Notes: a model not told the origin generated them from the sequence alone. Positions 14,901-29,800 are shown, counted from the stretch's first letter. The stretch is DNA of 64,000 bases from Pecten maximus (GCF_902652985.1 NC_047027.1:37138001-37202000), one strand, 5' to 3'. Numbers and translations are program-made.

Positions 14901-15442
14901 AAATTAAATGTTTTCTTCCCAAATGAAACAGTAAGAGAAATATGTCTTTACTGTATAATGTCACGAACCCCAAGTTAGACTGACCTCACCCCTAAAGAAC
15001 TTAATACTTTCACACAATAGTGATTTTAGAGAGCTATAACCTCTTCTAAAGAGTGACTTTCAGAAAAACAAAGATCTTAACAGGATGACCTTCACATGCA
15101 TGAAGCCTATAATGTATACAGCAGTGATTTATATGAGATTCATCAGAAGGCTCTCAACTTTTATATCGCTTGTCCAGGAATACTGAAGTGGTAGTGACAG
15201 AGGTAGTCTGTCTGAATTTGTACTGATGTTACTGTTACCAAGAGGTTGTGTTAATGGAGACTTGACCTTTAACCCTGCATGGTGTCATTCCTATATGCGA
15301 CCCTGTACTTCACATTACTTACAATAATATACAGACTAGGTCATAATATAAGTAGTAAAACATACACTATTAGGTTTTAAAAATTCTAAAAATGTCAAAA
15401 TGTTGTACATCTTAACAGGAGAGTAAAAACAAATAGAACATC

Positions 15443-18400
15443 TTACTTCCGAGCTCCATAGAATGGTTTAGGGCCCAGCCGCACTGGCTGAGAGCGGACT
15501 GAGCCCTCTAAAGGAGGAGTTGCCCCCCTTGACGGCAGTTCCAGACTGTGGCGGACATTAACCGTCTCTAGAGATTCATGGCGATGTGATTGACAAAGTG
15601 TGGGTGACACACTACGAACCCGCGACCTTAACAACAAATTTTCCGCACTTTGAGTGTCAGTATCGTGTTTCTGTTCAAAAAACTCTCTTAGCTCTTTAAT
15701 GCTCCCTCTCCGCTCTAGATTGCACCCTTCTGTCCCACCCCAATCCTCTACACACCCCTGACTCCCCTTGGAGCTAGGCAGTATACACGACTGACTCAGA
15801 GTTCTCTCAGAACTCCTTTGTACCACACTGTCTTTCTCCACAGTCTCAACTGTTGCTATGGAGGTTTCTATTGACAATGACCTCCGATTTCCAGGTGACC
15901 TCCAAGCCCTCGGAGACTTTGGAGAACCCTCGGAGGGAGTATTATCACTTCGTCCAAAACTAACACGGCGTAACACTTTAGGCGAATCATCTGTCCTCTG
16001 TCTGTTTCGTTGTGAGGGAATAGAGATGTCACATGCCTTTTGTAAAAAAGGAGATTCACTTCCTTTACGAGATTTAGGGGAGGCAGTTGCCCCATCTAAA
16101 TGCTGAGTCTTAGGTGAGTTTCTGAGAGAAGCATCTTTGCAAAGCTTAGGTGATCCAGTATCGTGAATTTTTGTTGGTATCCTTGACTTCGGAGACCCAT
16201 CAGAGGAACATCCATCACGCTGAGATTTCGGAGAACTTTTTGAGCTTCCGACACGATTCTCTGACTCACTTACTGATGATTCACTTGCTGTGCGATTCCG
16301 TGAGCAGCTACGGTGTTTTGGTGGTTTGCTGGCACTTGTGAAGCTAGACTGACGATCCCAGGAACGCTCACGACGAGTTGTTTCCTTTCTCCTGCCAAGT
16401 TCGTATCCAATGTCAGTAGAGATACTACGGCGACTTCTCGGCATCTGCCACTCATCAGATGTCGTAACAAACTGTGTGGAAACATTTTCCTTGTCCATCA
16501 CGAAGCGTTCTGTGTGTGATTGCGAGCGTCTGGCGGCAAAGGCACTACGCGCACTGTGCAGTCTAACAGTCTCAGTGTTTTCTATCTCACCACCAGGCAA
16601 GCACACCAGCTTTTCTTGAGACGAAGATGATGACTGTTTCTTCAAATGTGATGCCTCATACTCGCCAGCAGTCTTCTCGAACAATTCCCGTAAACTTTTT
16701 AGCTTTGTGGATCTATGAGCACGAGTGAATCGAATATCTTCCTGTTGTCCTTCATCGTCTCTGCTTAAAAAATCGTCATGACGGGACGATGCCACCTGGA
16801 GGAAGGACTCATCCAAAGAACTGCGACTTGGTGGATCATTCAGAAATGCTGATAATGGACTACGTTCCAGGTTAAACCTGTGTCTTTCTTTAGGTATATC
16901 CTGTACAGCCGAAGTGTTAGTATCGACAAAAACATCATCGTTGGTGTCTGCGTCGCTTGCCTCGCCGGTCTCCAAATACTGTGCATTGTTAACGCTATCC
17001 TTTCCTTTTTTCAAGCTTGTCTTCCTTTCCATGACCAATTTAGTCTCTCCTCGCTCTGACCTCTGACCTTTTGCTCCTGTCTTGTCTGCAGTCTTCTTTT
17101 CCTTTTCTGACTTGGCCTTTTGAGCTCCTGTCCTATGAAATCCCCCCTCCCTACGCTGAAGATGTGCTTCGTCAGCCTTTGTTCGCTCTGACATTGACCG
17201 CCTGATACCAACGTTTGTTCGAGGCTCGGACTTCTTGCGGGACTTTGAACACTTTATTACACTGGGTCGACTCACTTCCATAAATTCCCTTTCAGGGGGA
17301 GGCAACTCTGGGAGATCGGATAGATTCTGTTGCCATGGAGATTCTGCTGTACTGTAATTGTCTTCATGCGCCATATTTCTTAGTTTTGAGCAACAGGCAT
17401 CGTCATCGTCAAAGTCGTCCATGTCATGTGTCATCTTTGGTGACTTCTGTGACATGGTCAGTTCTAGGTCAGCGTTGATGGCATTCTGATGAGCTTCCTC
17501 AGTGTTGTCAAGCATGTCAATGACCCTGTTAGTTGCCATGACAACAGGGCCTTGCGACAGGGAGCACAAGTTCTCTGTAGGAAGACTGATAGATGACATG
17601 CCTGCCTCTACCTCCATCCGTGTGCTTGACTGAAATTCACCCTCATACTCCCCTTGATCAAAATGTGCAGCAGTTTCGATGTGACTCATGTCTACAACAG
17701 GTCTGGCGAATCCCACGTGGACCTCATGTTCTGACTGCTCCTGATATACAAACGACTCCATGGCGACCACACTAGGTGAGTCTAAACTACTCTGTTGGGA
17801 CTGGGACTTTAATCTCTCGTTCATTTTTTCTCTAAATTCATTCGACAAGTTTTGATGCGTAGGAATGCCAAAACAACTCTCGTTGACGTCTATATCCTCC
17901 AACATGGATTGGAATGGCTGGGCGTGGTCGCGGTCGGTGAATGCAGTATTTTCTGACCGTGACGACTCACTATAATGCCCGGCACCTCCAATATTGTTTG
18001 TGTTGTAACTATTACTGGTACTCTCAGACTGACTAGAGGATATGATATGACTAAGAGCAGTGGCACCATGACTATACTGATTATCAACGAGCCTATCCTC
18101 TGACGGACCCGACGTGTCCATTCTCTCCTGCACAGAACTGTCGCGGGGAAAATCAAACGAATCCATTTTCTGAATTTTGCGAGGTTTTGGAAATGAGGCC
18201 TTTTCTTCGCGTTCACATTTTTGACTAGTTGGTAGTTTGCTATCACTTTGTTTTAACTCGTCGCGTCGTATCGACGGTTTTTCCACTGTCATACGATCTG
18301 TAATACTGTGTATTTCTGTAAGGGCGTCCGACGTCCCACTTGACGATGTCGTACTCTGGCTATCCTGAGTCATTATACTACACTGACGTATCTGAGGAAT

Positions 18401-20877
18401 GTCCGACTCTGTCAAACACTTTTTTATCATAGGTTTTTCCATTGTGACAGTCTGATCTTGTGTACAACATTCTGGAGTTTTGTCCCTTTGTTTACGACTA
18501 CCCATCAAAGTCGTTTCTATGGCACCAACTGTCTGAGATTTTTTGAGCTGTGGACGAAATCTATTAGAAGAACTAAGAACATGGTCATCGTTTGCCACTG
18601 TCCGACACACATCTCCTGTGGGGGCCAGTTGCTGGCGCCACACATCATTAAAATCAGATAAACTCTGCAATTTTCTGTCAAATTCCTCAGAAGCGGATTC
18701 AGATTCGACCTTGACTTTGTCTTTTTGTGCTTTCACAGACTCTACTTTTGTTGCATGTTTGACTGATGGAAGAGCTCCGAAGTCCTGATTTAACCCTGCC
18801 AGGTCTTCCCACCGTGGCTGTTGCCTAGGTGACCGAGGACTGGATTTGGACGACTTGTTGGACGAATCATGGTCAGATTCTAACATGAGTTTTGCAAATT
18901 CACGCCTAGCAGGAGGTTTGGTTTTATGTACCGAGTGACTCTTAGTGGTTGGCGATCCTTCACATGCTTTTGCTTCACTTGCAGTTGCGGGACTATAGGT
19001 GGCGCCACCTACATAGGCAGATCCAGACCCAGAGAATGACTGTGGCATGTACCCCATCTCCTGAGACCACTGTACAGGAGAGCTTACAGACTCGGTGGGA
19101 GACAGAACAGGACTGGATGTTGTCTCATCCTTACTTACACGACGCATTGTTTTCATTTCCTGTAGAATACCTTGCCGCGACAAGAACTCCAGATCTTCAT
19201 CTGACAAGTCAAATTCCACACAGCCATGACGCGAGTCTGAGCGTTTCATCTTGTTGTCAGGGTTACGACTTTTGACTGGATGCTCATCATCAGAGAGACC
19301 AAATTTAGCCCGCTCCTCAGGAGACATAGGACTCGGAAGACAGCTTGACTGTTGGCTACTGGCACCATGCATGGCCTGGCGAGGACTTAGCTTTCCTCCT
19401 TCACTGTATCCTGAAATATCACTTCCTGTTGGTGATGCATTCTGGGTATTAATGTGTGCTAGTTTTGTTTGGTTTGCTGCTGATGGCCGGAGTGGTGCCC
19501 TGATGACACGTGCAGTCTCTATTACCTGAATCTCCTCAGCTGGACGTTCAACAAAAGTAGTCTTAGCATCGCCAGAATCTGACGGCAGAGGTGGGATAAT
19601 GTTAGGAGACGAAAATCCAATATGGTCGCCTTGGTAATCTGAGGGAATATTGTCAAAGGATCCGGAGCGACTCCGGTTATTGGGGCGTTCTCCTTCCTGT
19701 AAGTGATTGGCCTTGTCCAAATCTCTTCTAAAGGCCTTGTCAATCTGTGCGTTGATCTCGCGTAATGTCCGTGTTAGGGGAGATTCAGCTTCATTAAAAC
19801 TGTCCACTGAAGCACTACGTCTCCGACGGGCAGCTGTATGATTGTCTTCATAACGTGCGAAACTATCTGTCGAAGCGGACAATTCACTAATCGTGATGGA
19901 GCTGAGCATGTCGTCACGAGACCCTGTACAGGACGTCATGTCCTCCAGAGACTTCTGAATGTCAGCAGGTACACTCAGGCACTTTGACATCTTGGAAACG
20001 GACAAATCGTTTGTTTCACTAACACTTTGCTGTAAAACAGTTGAAGACGTCATCTTCACAATTTTACCATCAATATTTCTAACACATTCAGAAGTACCAG
20101 ATGAAGGATCAGAGGTTGTCGGCGACGAAAGAGAAGATGACGGCGTTCCAACAGAGCGACAAGTATCAACATACATTTTCTTATCTGCACCGAACGTTGT
20201 CTCAATATGGCCAGAGATGTCCATTGGAGATGTTTTGGTCTCTTCTTCAATGCCGAATCGTGACTTCTCCTCATCAGATAGGATTTCTGCATAATCATGG
20301 TGTCTTGAGTAGTAAAAGTGAGAAGTTGGTGGTTCATCGGGAGTTCCAGCCGGTGTGGATCCACCACTACCACCCATCCAGTTTTTCCGTTTCGCACCTG
20401 GACTCTCCGGAAGTTCTATTGTCACCACCTTTCCGTCATCTGCTTGGGAGTTCTTGTCTTTGATCTTGTCCTCACGGAGACGACCCCTGACGATGGGTGG
20501 TGTTCGGCTGCCCCTTCGGCCATGTTCCCGCTTTTCTTCCGGTGAAACATTTGGTAAAAGACTCGGAGACTTGCGCTGATCTGCGGTCTTCAACAAGTTA
20601 GCATCTTTCACATGTAGGACAAATTTATCACAATCACCTTGCCCTTCCTGAGATTTACGAACACCACCAGGTGGTAGGTCAGCTTTATTGGGTTTGTCGG
20701 CACTTTTACTGCTGGAGTTAGCTCCCTTTTCCTGTTCCTGCCTTGGCGATGACGGTCCTGACGGTGATCGACGGTGTGTTATAACCTTGCGTTTGTTATC
20801 TCCCCTTACAAAGGACTGCTTACGCTCCGGTCGATTGTCAGACACACCATTTTCAGTCGGTGTACTGTCTGGTGTAT
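15443..20877 (-). CDS. ARHGAP32: ARHGAP32-like terminal coding exon (5,435 nt; ~1,810 aa Ser-rich disordered tail)
   Basis: 1800-aa ORF; acceptor ttcttcattacag|AT at 20877 in phase 1 matching the previous exon; stop TAA at 15443-15445. Confidence 0.9.
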
Positions 20878-23800
20878 CTGTAATGAAGAAAAAAAGATCA
20901 GATAAATCTTGTGTTCACGAATACCAGTAGTTATAGTATATAGTTTCCTTCTACATTCCCTTGTTTTGTTCTAACTTAAGCCAAATCAAATATCCCCTTT
21001 CCTTTTAAAGCTGTTCCAGGAAATTATATATGGGATAGGGGGGGGGGGCACTTTAATAAACTCTTTCCTTTTAAAGCTGTTCCAGGAAATTATATATGGG
21101 GGGGGGGGAGCACTTTAATAAACTCTTTCCTTTTAAAGCTGTTCCAGGAAATTATATATGGGGGGGGGAGCACTTTAATAAACTCTTTCCTTTTAAAGCT
21201 GTTCCAGGAAATTATATATGGGGGGGGGGGCACTTTAATAAATAACATGTGGTGGTGTGGTTTCATACTAAAGTCACATCTATAGGTTGGTAGGGTTTGA
21301 AATAAACTGATTCTGTTGTTGGCTGTATTTGATGTATATGTACCATTTTCACATTGAAATTGCTTCTATACCAGGGTACTGTTCACAGAAAAACAGACAT
21401 GTGGGAGGGTCATCAAAATTTTAAATAACTTCTATATATGGGTCCCCTGATTCTAAGTGCCTTCCCCTTGTCCCATATGTTTTCCTGGAACAGCCCTAAG
21501 CAAAAAGACACTTCATCCCAAATTCTTTTCCAGTAAACTGAGAGTTGGGTACATTTAAAAATTTGTTTTTAATTTATATCATAACAATTGCCTCACTACA
21601 ACATGAAGGTCTTGGTCCTAATAAATCAGTCATGTAAGTATTCCATGTCAGTGTATTAATTATTATCAAGCCTTGTTATTAAACGTCACCTAGAAAAGAT
21701 GTGATTTTTCCAATACTAGATACTCAGAAATCTGGCCATATAAGATGTCATAGCAAATGTGGTGACTGGTGGTATTAAAACGTTAAATTTCAACAGCCTG
21801 TGGTTCGTACAGATTTTTCATAACAAAATTCAAGCATTTTTCAAGCAATTTTTCTAAATTTTCCAGGAGCATTTTGTTTTTGTAAAAACTCACAGACAAT
21901 TGGGGTATTTTTTTACTTAGATTAAAATATTAAAAGTACATGTCGACCATTCCTATTCTGTAGTGTTAAGTTAAGAGCTTGTAATAAATAACCATTTAGC
22001 TAATGTTTGGTTACTGTGATGAATGAATTTAATCCAGAAAATACATCTAAAAGATGAATTTTCTTGATTTTTTTCTTAATTCTGTAACTACATGAGAAAA
22101 AAAATCAAGCACTCTCAGTTAAACTCAAGGAAGAGAAATAAAAATTCAAGCACTTTTCGGGGACTTTTATATATTTATATATATATATATATATAAAAAA
22201 GTCGATTCAAGAACATTTTGAAGCACTGATTTGAAATTTGTAAGAACTTTCGAGGTCTGTACGAACCACCAGCCAAACTGATAACACCTACCGCTGCTAG
22301 TGCCACTGGCATCCACATCAATGCCGACCTCGCGAGACCCGGTCATGATAAAGGACGGATAGGACACGGAATGGTCGGAGTGCATCAGTGCTCGTGGAGA
22401 TTCTGATGACAAGGAACGCTTGTGTCGGATACTCGGATGTTTTGATTCGTCATCTGTAAATAAGAAAACGAAATATATATCCCACAGCAATCAACACACA
22501 GAGATCAACACAAATATCAGTGGGATTTTAATAACAATGCTACATATCTGAACTTCAATCATCTGAGTTTTGTGTCCACTTTCATCAGTTTTCTTTCGTG
22601 ATGAAGTCAAACATACAAACATCGGTGCATTCTAACGAATTAATATCCCGAGAGCAGTTTGGACATTCATCATTCTATCGCGTCATAGAAAAGATACGAT
22701 TTCTTTGATACAATGATTTAACATCAATGGAGGAATTTTTTCAATACCATCAAAGACCAAGGGTATACATACACTCTTGTTAACAATACAGTGGAGATTA
22801 TTGGGACAAAATTGATATAATACCTCATATTTACAGGACTGTTTCACGTTTGTAGATTATTTTATTTCAGATGACCTATTCTCTATGTCATAAGGTTAAA
22901 GCATGTCCTACAGAATGGATACCTGTGTATCAGTACACTATCAGTAAATAACTAATTTATTCCTCTAGATCATCAGCTTAAAGCATGTCATACAGAATGG
23001 CTACCAGTACCTGTGTAGCAGTTCTCTATCACTAAATTACTAGAGACAAGGAAAATTTCTAAACCCTAGAACTTATATTTCATGATCTGGGCTAAAATAT
23101 TTAACAAGGGCCCAATGGGCCCAAATCGCTCACCTGCAATGCAGTGATCTTTTCATATATGGATCCTGCAGTTATTTGAAAGCATGCTACAGGACCAATA
23201 TAATGTCTCTCTGCACTTTGGCTTTTCACTAAAAGTCATTTAAAGATTTAAGCATACTTGATCGACGTGACCTTGAATGTGAGTCAAGGTCATTCATTTG
23301 AACAAACTTGGTAGCCCTTTACCACAGCATGCTACAGTCCCAATATCAACTCCCTGGGACTCTTGGTTATTGAGAAGAAGTCGTTTAAAGATTTTAGCCT
23401 TTTGACCCCTGTGACCTTGAATGAAAGTCAAGGTCATTCATTTGAACAAACTTGGTAGCCCTTCACCCCAGCATGCTACAGGCCAAATATTAGGTCTCTG
23501 GGACTGTTGGTTATCAAGAAGAAGTCGTTTAAAGATTTTAGCCTTTTTGGCCCCTGTGACCTTGAATGAAGGTCAAGGCCATTCATTTGAACAAAGTAGG
23601 TAGCCCTTCATCCCAGCATGCTACAGACCCAATATCAACTCCCTGGGACTGTTGGTTATTGAGAAGAAGTCGTTTGAAGATTTTAGCCTTTTTGACTCCT
23701 GTGACCTTGAATGAAGGTCAAGGTCATTCATTTGAACAAACTTGGTAGCCCTTCACTCCAGCATGCTACAGACCCAATATCAACTCCCTGGGACTCTTGG

Positions 23801-26800
23801 TTATTGAGAAGAAGTTGTTTAAAGATTTTAGCCTTTTTGACCCCTGTGACCTTGAATGAAGGTCAAGGTCATTCATTTGAACAAACTTGGTAGCCCTTCA
23901 CCCCAGCATGCTACAGACCCAATATCAAGTCCCTGGGTCTTTTGGCTATTTAGAAGAAGTCGTCTAATTTTTTTTTAGCATATTTGACTCCTGTGACCTT
24001 GAATGAAAGTCAAGGTCATTCATTTGAACAAACTTGGTAGCCCTTTACCCCAGCATGCTACAGACCCAATATCAACTCCCTGGGACTCTTGGTTATTGAG
24101 AAGAAGTTGTTTAAAGATTTTAGCCTTTTTGACCCCTGTGACCTTGAATGAAGGTCAACGTTATTCATTTGAACAAACTTGGTAGCCCTTCACCCCAGCA
24201 TGCTACAGGCCCAATATTAGGTCTCTAGGCCTTTTGGTTATTGAGAAGAAGTTGCTTGAATGGAAAGTTGACGCCGGACGGCCGGACGGACGACGGACGA
24301 CGGACGCCGCGCCACGGCATAAGCTCACTTGCCCTTCGGGCAGGTGAGCTAAAAACTGGTCAGCTGCTTTACTTCAAAGCCTATGAGTGTATGCCTTATA
24401 ATAGACATAGGAAGAGACTGGAGGGTGCAATGGGATTTCATAAAAGTAGTGAAATTAGAAATTATTTTTTCAGGATTTCAATATTGTTGTTAGACCCTGA
24501 TAAGCCAAATTTGAACAACTGGGCCCTGTTGCTCAACACAGAATAACCGTGGTTAAAAGAATCCTTTACCTGTAAAAATGACCCTACCAGACTTTGTATA
24601 CTTTTTGTACCTGAGTAGATCCTAACCCTACCAGACTTTGTATAATTTTGTACCTGAGTAGATCCTAACCCTACCAGACGTTGTATAATTTTGTACCTGA
24701 GTAGATCCTAACCCTACCAGACTTTCTATACTTTTTGTACCTGAGTAGATCCTAACCCTACCACAGACTTTCTATACTTTTTGTACCTGAGTAGATCCTA
24801 ACACTACCAGACTTTCTATACTTTTGTACCTGAGTAGATCCTGACCCTACCAGACTTTCTATACTTTTGTACCTGAGTAGATCCTAACCCTACCAGACTT
24901 TCTATACTTTTGTACCTGAGTAGATCCTAACCCTACCAGACTTTCTATACTTTTGTACCTGAGTAGATCCTAACACTACCAGACTTTCTATACTTTTTGT
25001 ACCTGAGTAGATCCTAACCCTACCACAGACTTTGTATAATTTTGTACCTGAGTAGATCCTAACCCTACCACAGACTTTTTATACTTTTTGTACCTGAGTA
25101 GATCCTAACCCTACCACAGACTTTGTATACTTTTGTACCTGAGTAGATCCTAACCCTACCACAGAGTTTCTATACTTTTTGTACCTGAGTAGATCATAAC
25201 CCTACCACAGACTTTGTATACTTTTGTACCTGAGTAGATCCTAACCCTACCACAGACTTTGTATACTTTTGTACTTGAGTAGATCCTAACCCTACCAGAC
25301 TTTCTATACTTTTGTACCTGAGTAGATCCTAACCCTACCACAGACTTTCTATACTTTTTGTACCTGAGTAGATCCTAACCCTACCAGACTTTCTATACTT
25401 TTTGTACCTGAGTAGATCCTAACCCTACCAGACTTTCTATACTTTTTGTACCTGAGTAGATCCTAACCCTACCAGACTTTCTATACTTTTTGTACCCGAG
25501 TAGATCCTAACCCTACCACAGACTTTGTATACTTTTGTACCTGAGTAGATCCTAACCCGACCAGACTTTCTATACTTTTTGTACCTGAGTAGATCCTAAC
25601 CCTAACAGACTTTCTATACTTTTTGTACCCGAGTAGATCCTAACCCTACCAGACTTTCTATACTTTTGTACTTGAGTAGATCCTAACCCTAACAGACTTT
25701 CTATACTTTTGTACCTGAGTAGATCCTAACCCTACCACAGACTTTGTATAATTTTTGTACCTGAGTAGATCCTAACCCTACCAGACTTTCTATACTTTTT
25801 GTACCTGAGTAGATCCTAACCCTACCAGACTTTCTATACTTTTTGTACCTGAGTAGATCCTAACCCTACCAGACTTTCTATACTTTTTGTACCTGAGTAG
25901 ATCCTAACCCTACCAGACTTTCTATACTTTTGTACCTGAGTAGATCCTAACCCTAACACAGACTTTCTATACTTTTTGTACCCGAGTAGATCCTCACCCT
26001 AACACAGACTTTCTATACTTTTTGTACCTGAGTAGATCCTCACCCTACCACACTTTCTATACTTTTGTACCTGAGTAGATCCTAACCCTACCACAGACTT
26101 TCTATACTTTTTGTACCTGAGTAGATCCTAACCCTACCACAGACTTTGTATACTTTTGTACCTGAGTAGATCCTAACCCTACCAGACTTTGTATAATTTT
26201 GTACCTGAGTAGATCCTAACCCTACCAGACTTTCTATACTTTTTGTACCTGAGTAGATCCTAACCCTACCACAGACTTTCTATACTTTTTGTACCTGAGT
26301 AGATCCTAACCCTACCAGACTTTCTATACTTTTTGTACCTGAGTAGATCCTAACCCTACCAGACTTTCTATACTTTTTGTACCTGAGTAGATCCTAACCC
26401 TACCACAGACTTTCTATACTTTTTGTACCTGAGTAGATCCTAACCCTACCAGACTTTCTATACTTTTGTACCGGAGTAGATCCTAACCCTACCAGACTTT
26501 CTATACTTTTTGTACCTGAGTAGATCCTAACCCTACCAGACTTTCTATACTTTTTGTACCTGAGTAGATCCTAACCCTACCAGACTTTCTATACTTTTGT
26601 ACCTGAGTAGATCCTAACCCTAACACAGACTTTCTATACTTTTTGTACCCGAGTAGATCCTCACCCTAACACAGACTTTCTATACTTTTTGTACCTGAGT
26701 AGATCCTCACCCTACCACACTTTCTATACTTTTGTACCTGAGTAGATCCTAACCCTACCACAGACTTTCTATACTTTTTGTACCTGAGTAGATCCTAACC

Positions 26801-29800
26801 CTACCACAGACTTTGTATACTTTTGTACCTGAGTAGATCCTAACCCTACCAGACTTTGTATAATTTTGTACCTGAGTAGATCCTAACCCTACCAGACTTT
26901 CTATACTTTTTGTACCTGAGTAGATCCTAACCCTACCACAGACTTTCTATACTTTTTGTACCTGAGTAGATCCTAACCCTACCAGACTTTCTATACTTTT
27001 TGTACCTGAGTAGATCCTAACCCTACCAGACTTTCTATACTTTTTGTACCTGAGTAGATCCTAACCCTACCACAGACTTTCTATACTTTTTGTACCTGAG
27101 TAGATCCTAACCCTACCAGACTTTCTATACTTTTGTACCGGAGTAGATCCTAACCCTACCAGACTTTCTATACTTTTTGTACCTGAGTAGATCCTAACCC
27201 TACCACAGACTTTCTATACTTTTGTACCCGAGTAGATCCTAACCCTACCAGACTTTCTATACTTTTTGTACCTAAGTAGATCCTGACCCTACCACAGACT
27301 TTCTATACTTTTTGTACCTGAGTAGATCCTAACCCTACCAGACTTTCTATACTTTTGTACCTGAGTAGATCCTAACACTACCAGACTTTCTATACTTTTT
27401 GTACCTGAGTAGATCCTAACCCTACCACAGACTTTCTATACTTTTTGTACCTGAGTAGATCCTGTATAGAGATTCCTCAAAGTCGCGCGAGATTCGACCA
27501 CAGTCAAGCCCCGGTAATGACATTGCTAATAACGATTCTGCACTTTTGGCACCACGTAGACGTCGCCGCTTCCAGTTGTGAACATCTTCCTCTGTGATGG
27601 CTTTCCTATCTTCACTCAGACCAAGTGGCTCTGGAATGATGTCATATTAATGGTAAATAAAATGTTTAATGTATTGAGTTATAATATTAATGGTCATTAA
27701 AGTGTGTTGAATGGTAATATTATTGGTCAATAAAGTGTATAATGTATTGAATGGTAATATTGACTGGCGCCTTTCTATTTATCTGTCACCCAGATTGCAT
27801 TTATATTGACAATAAATACAATCTGACAAGCGTTTAATTGTTGATTATAAAGTTTTCTGCACTTAACGAGTTAACTATTATGACTGTCATGCATACATGT
27901 ATTATCACAGTTCAGAAATAGCTAGAGAGTCATCTGTTGTAACACACTTGCACTAAATGCAGTATTTGTATATTAAACATGTAGACATACCAACTGATCA
28001 AGGCACAAATCTATTATAATCTGTGTATGTACTAATATTTTACCAAGTTTATGAGACAAATTATTTCAATTATGGACAAAAGTAGTCATTGACGTCACAT
28101 TTCCATTTAAAAGTTACTTACCACCTATGCTGTTTTTACGTCCCTTCTGTTTGATGCTGCCCTGCCGTGGCCCACGAGAGAAGATTGAGCGCCAACCACT
28201 CGGTGATTTCTTTGACTTGCCATAGCCTACAGTGTTACTTCCACTGACCAGCGTTTTCTTTCTGTATAGGATAAAACAGAGCCTGAAATCATGTTAGGTA
28301 CAGCATGTGGGCTTTGTCCCTCACAATGTACATAGCTGGGGTGAGAGTTCGGTTTATTTTGTTTGGTTTGTTTAACGTCCTACTAACAGCCATGGTCATT
28401 TAAGGACGTGGCAGGTTTTGGAGATGGAGGAAAGCCTGAGTACCCGGAGAAAAACCACCGGCATACAGTCAGTACCTGGCGACTGCCCCACATAGGTTTC
28501 GAACTCGCAACCCAGAGGTGGAGGGCTAGTGATAAAGTGTCGGTACACCTTAACCACTCGGCCACCACGGCCCCTGCTTGAGTGAGAGGTTGTTGGGATA
28601 ATGCAATTTAGTGGTTGGTGGTTAAATGGCATGGTAATAACATAATAGCCTTACATCTGTATAATGTTGTGTACATCATGTTGGCTTTTGTCCCCCACAA
28701 TGTACATAGCTGGGGTGAGAGGCAGTTGGGATAATTCTGTTTAGTGGTTGGTGGTCAAGTGGTGTAGATGTAACACACTTGACTTTCATCAGGGAGCACT
28801 TTCATCTGGGTCAACTAGACCGATTAAAATATCGAGGATATTGAATGATTTCAAGTTGCATATAACATACATTTCAACAGTATGACAGAATATCGATATA
28901 ACATACATTTCAAGAGTATGACAGAATATCGATATATTCTTTCATCACAATTTAGGCATTTTCTACTGTTATCTGCAGAGAATCTGTGCATGAATAGCTA
29001 ACTTCAAGTGAGTATTTTGTCAAACCTAGTCTGCATATTTCAGAAATACAGCAAAATGGCCCATCTATCTCTCAAAACTTTATTTTCAATGTAAAACTTA
29101 TATTTTCACTGCAAAATCTTATAAAATTCTCTCATCGCTGCAGTGAAGATATAAGTTTGATAAGTTTGATAAGTTTGCTAAATTTCACAGGCAAAAATGC
29201 AATAAAAGGTGATGTAACTGATTTCCCAATTGTTGTAAAACACATAAGGTTTGATATCCATTGTAGTGGCTGGATAGTGGGATAATCAAGTTAGTGGTGG
29301 TTTGATAGTTGGATTAGTGGGTTTTCTAGATTCAACAACAGTTTAGCCATTAAGTGTAGCCATTCTTAATCCAGTCATCAATCGCCTTATGCAGCTTCTA
29401 TTCTAGGTTTATACTTTTCAGATAGAACAACCCTATGCTCCAATGTAGAGGTAACTCTGATATATGAACCCAGTCAACTTGGTAAGCTTTTTTAGGTTAT
29501 TTCCCTTGAAGATATTCAATTTAAAACCTTCCTAAATCTTTCAAACTTGCATTCTGCTAATGTCTTTATATTACCAAGCTTGTAAATTGTACTGCCAGAA
29601 TCTTTATGTCAAATATTTTTTACAGAAGACCCTGAAATATACCTTTCTTATTCAGAAACGGGTTATTTTAGTGCCAAGATTTACTCTTATTTGAATAATG
29701 ATGGTATGCAAGTACCTATAGCCTGGCAAATCTATGACGGTATGGTAGCGAGATGGAAGGCGTTCTGGTCCCCCTCCGACATCTATATACTTCTGTGGCG

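Noticed and set aside
15858-20930. Many short plus-strand and alternate-frame ORFs
   Set aside because: Shadows of the long terminal exon
24581-27463. Interstitial telomeric repeat (cctaaccctacc)
   Set aside because: Only about one TTAGGG-like word per 44-bp unit; the unit derives from the exon junction
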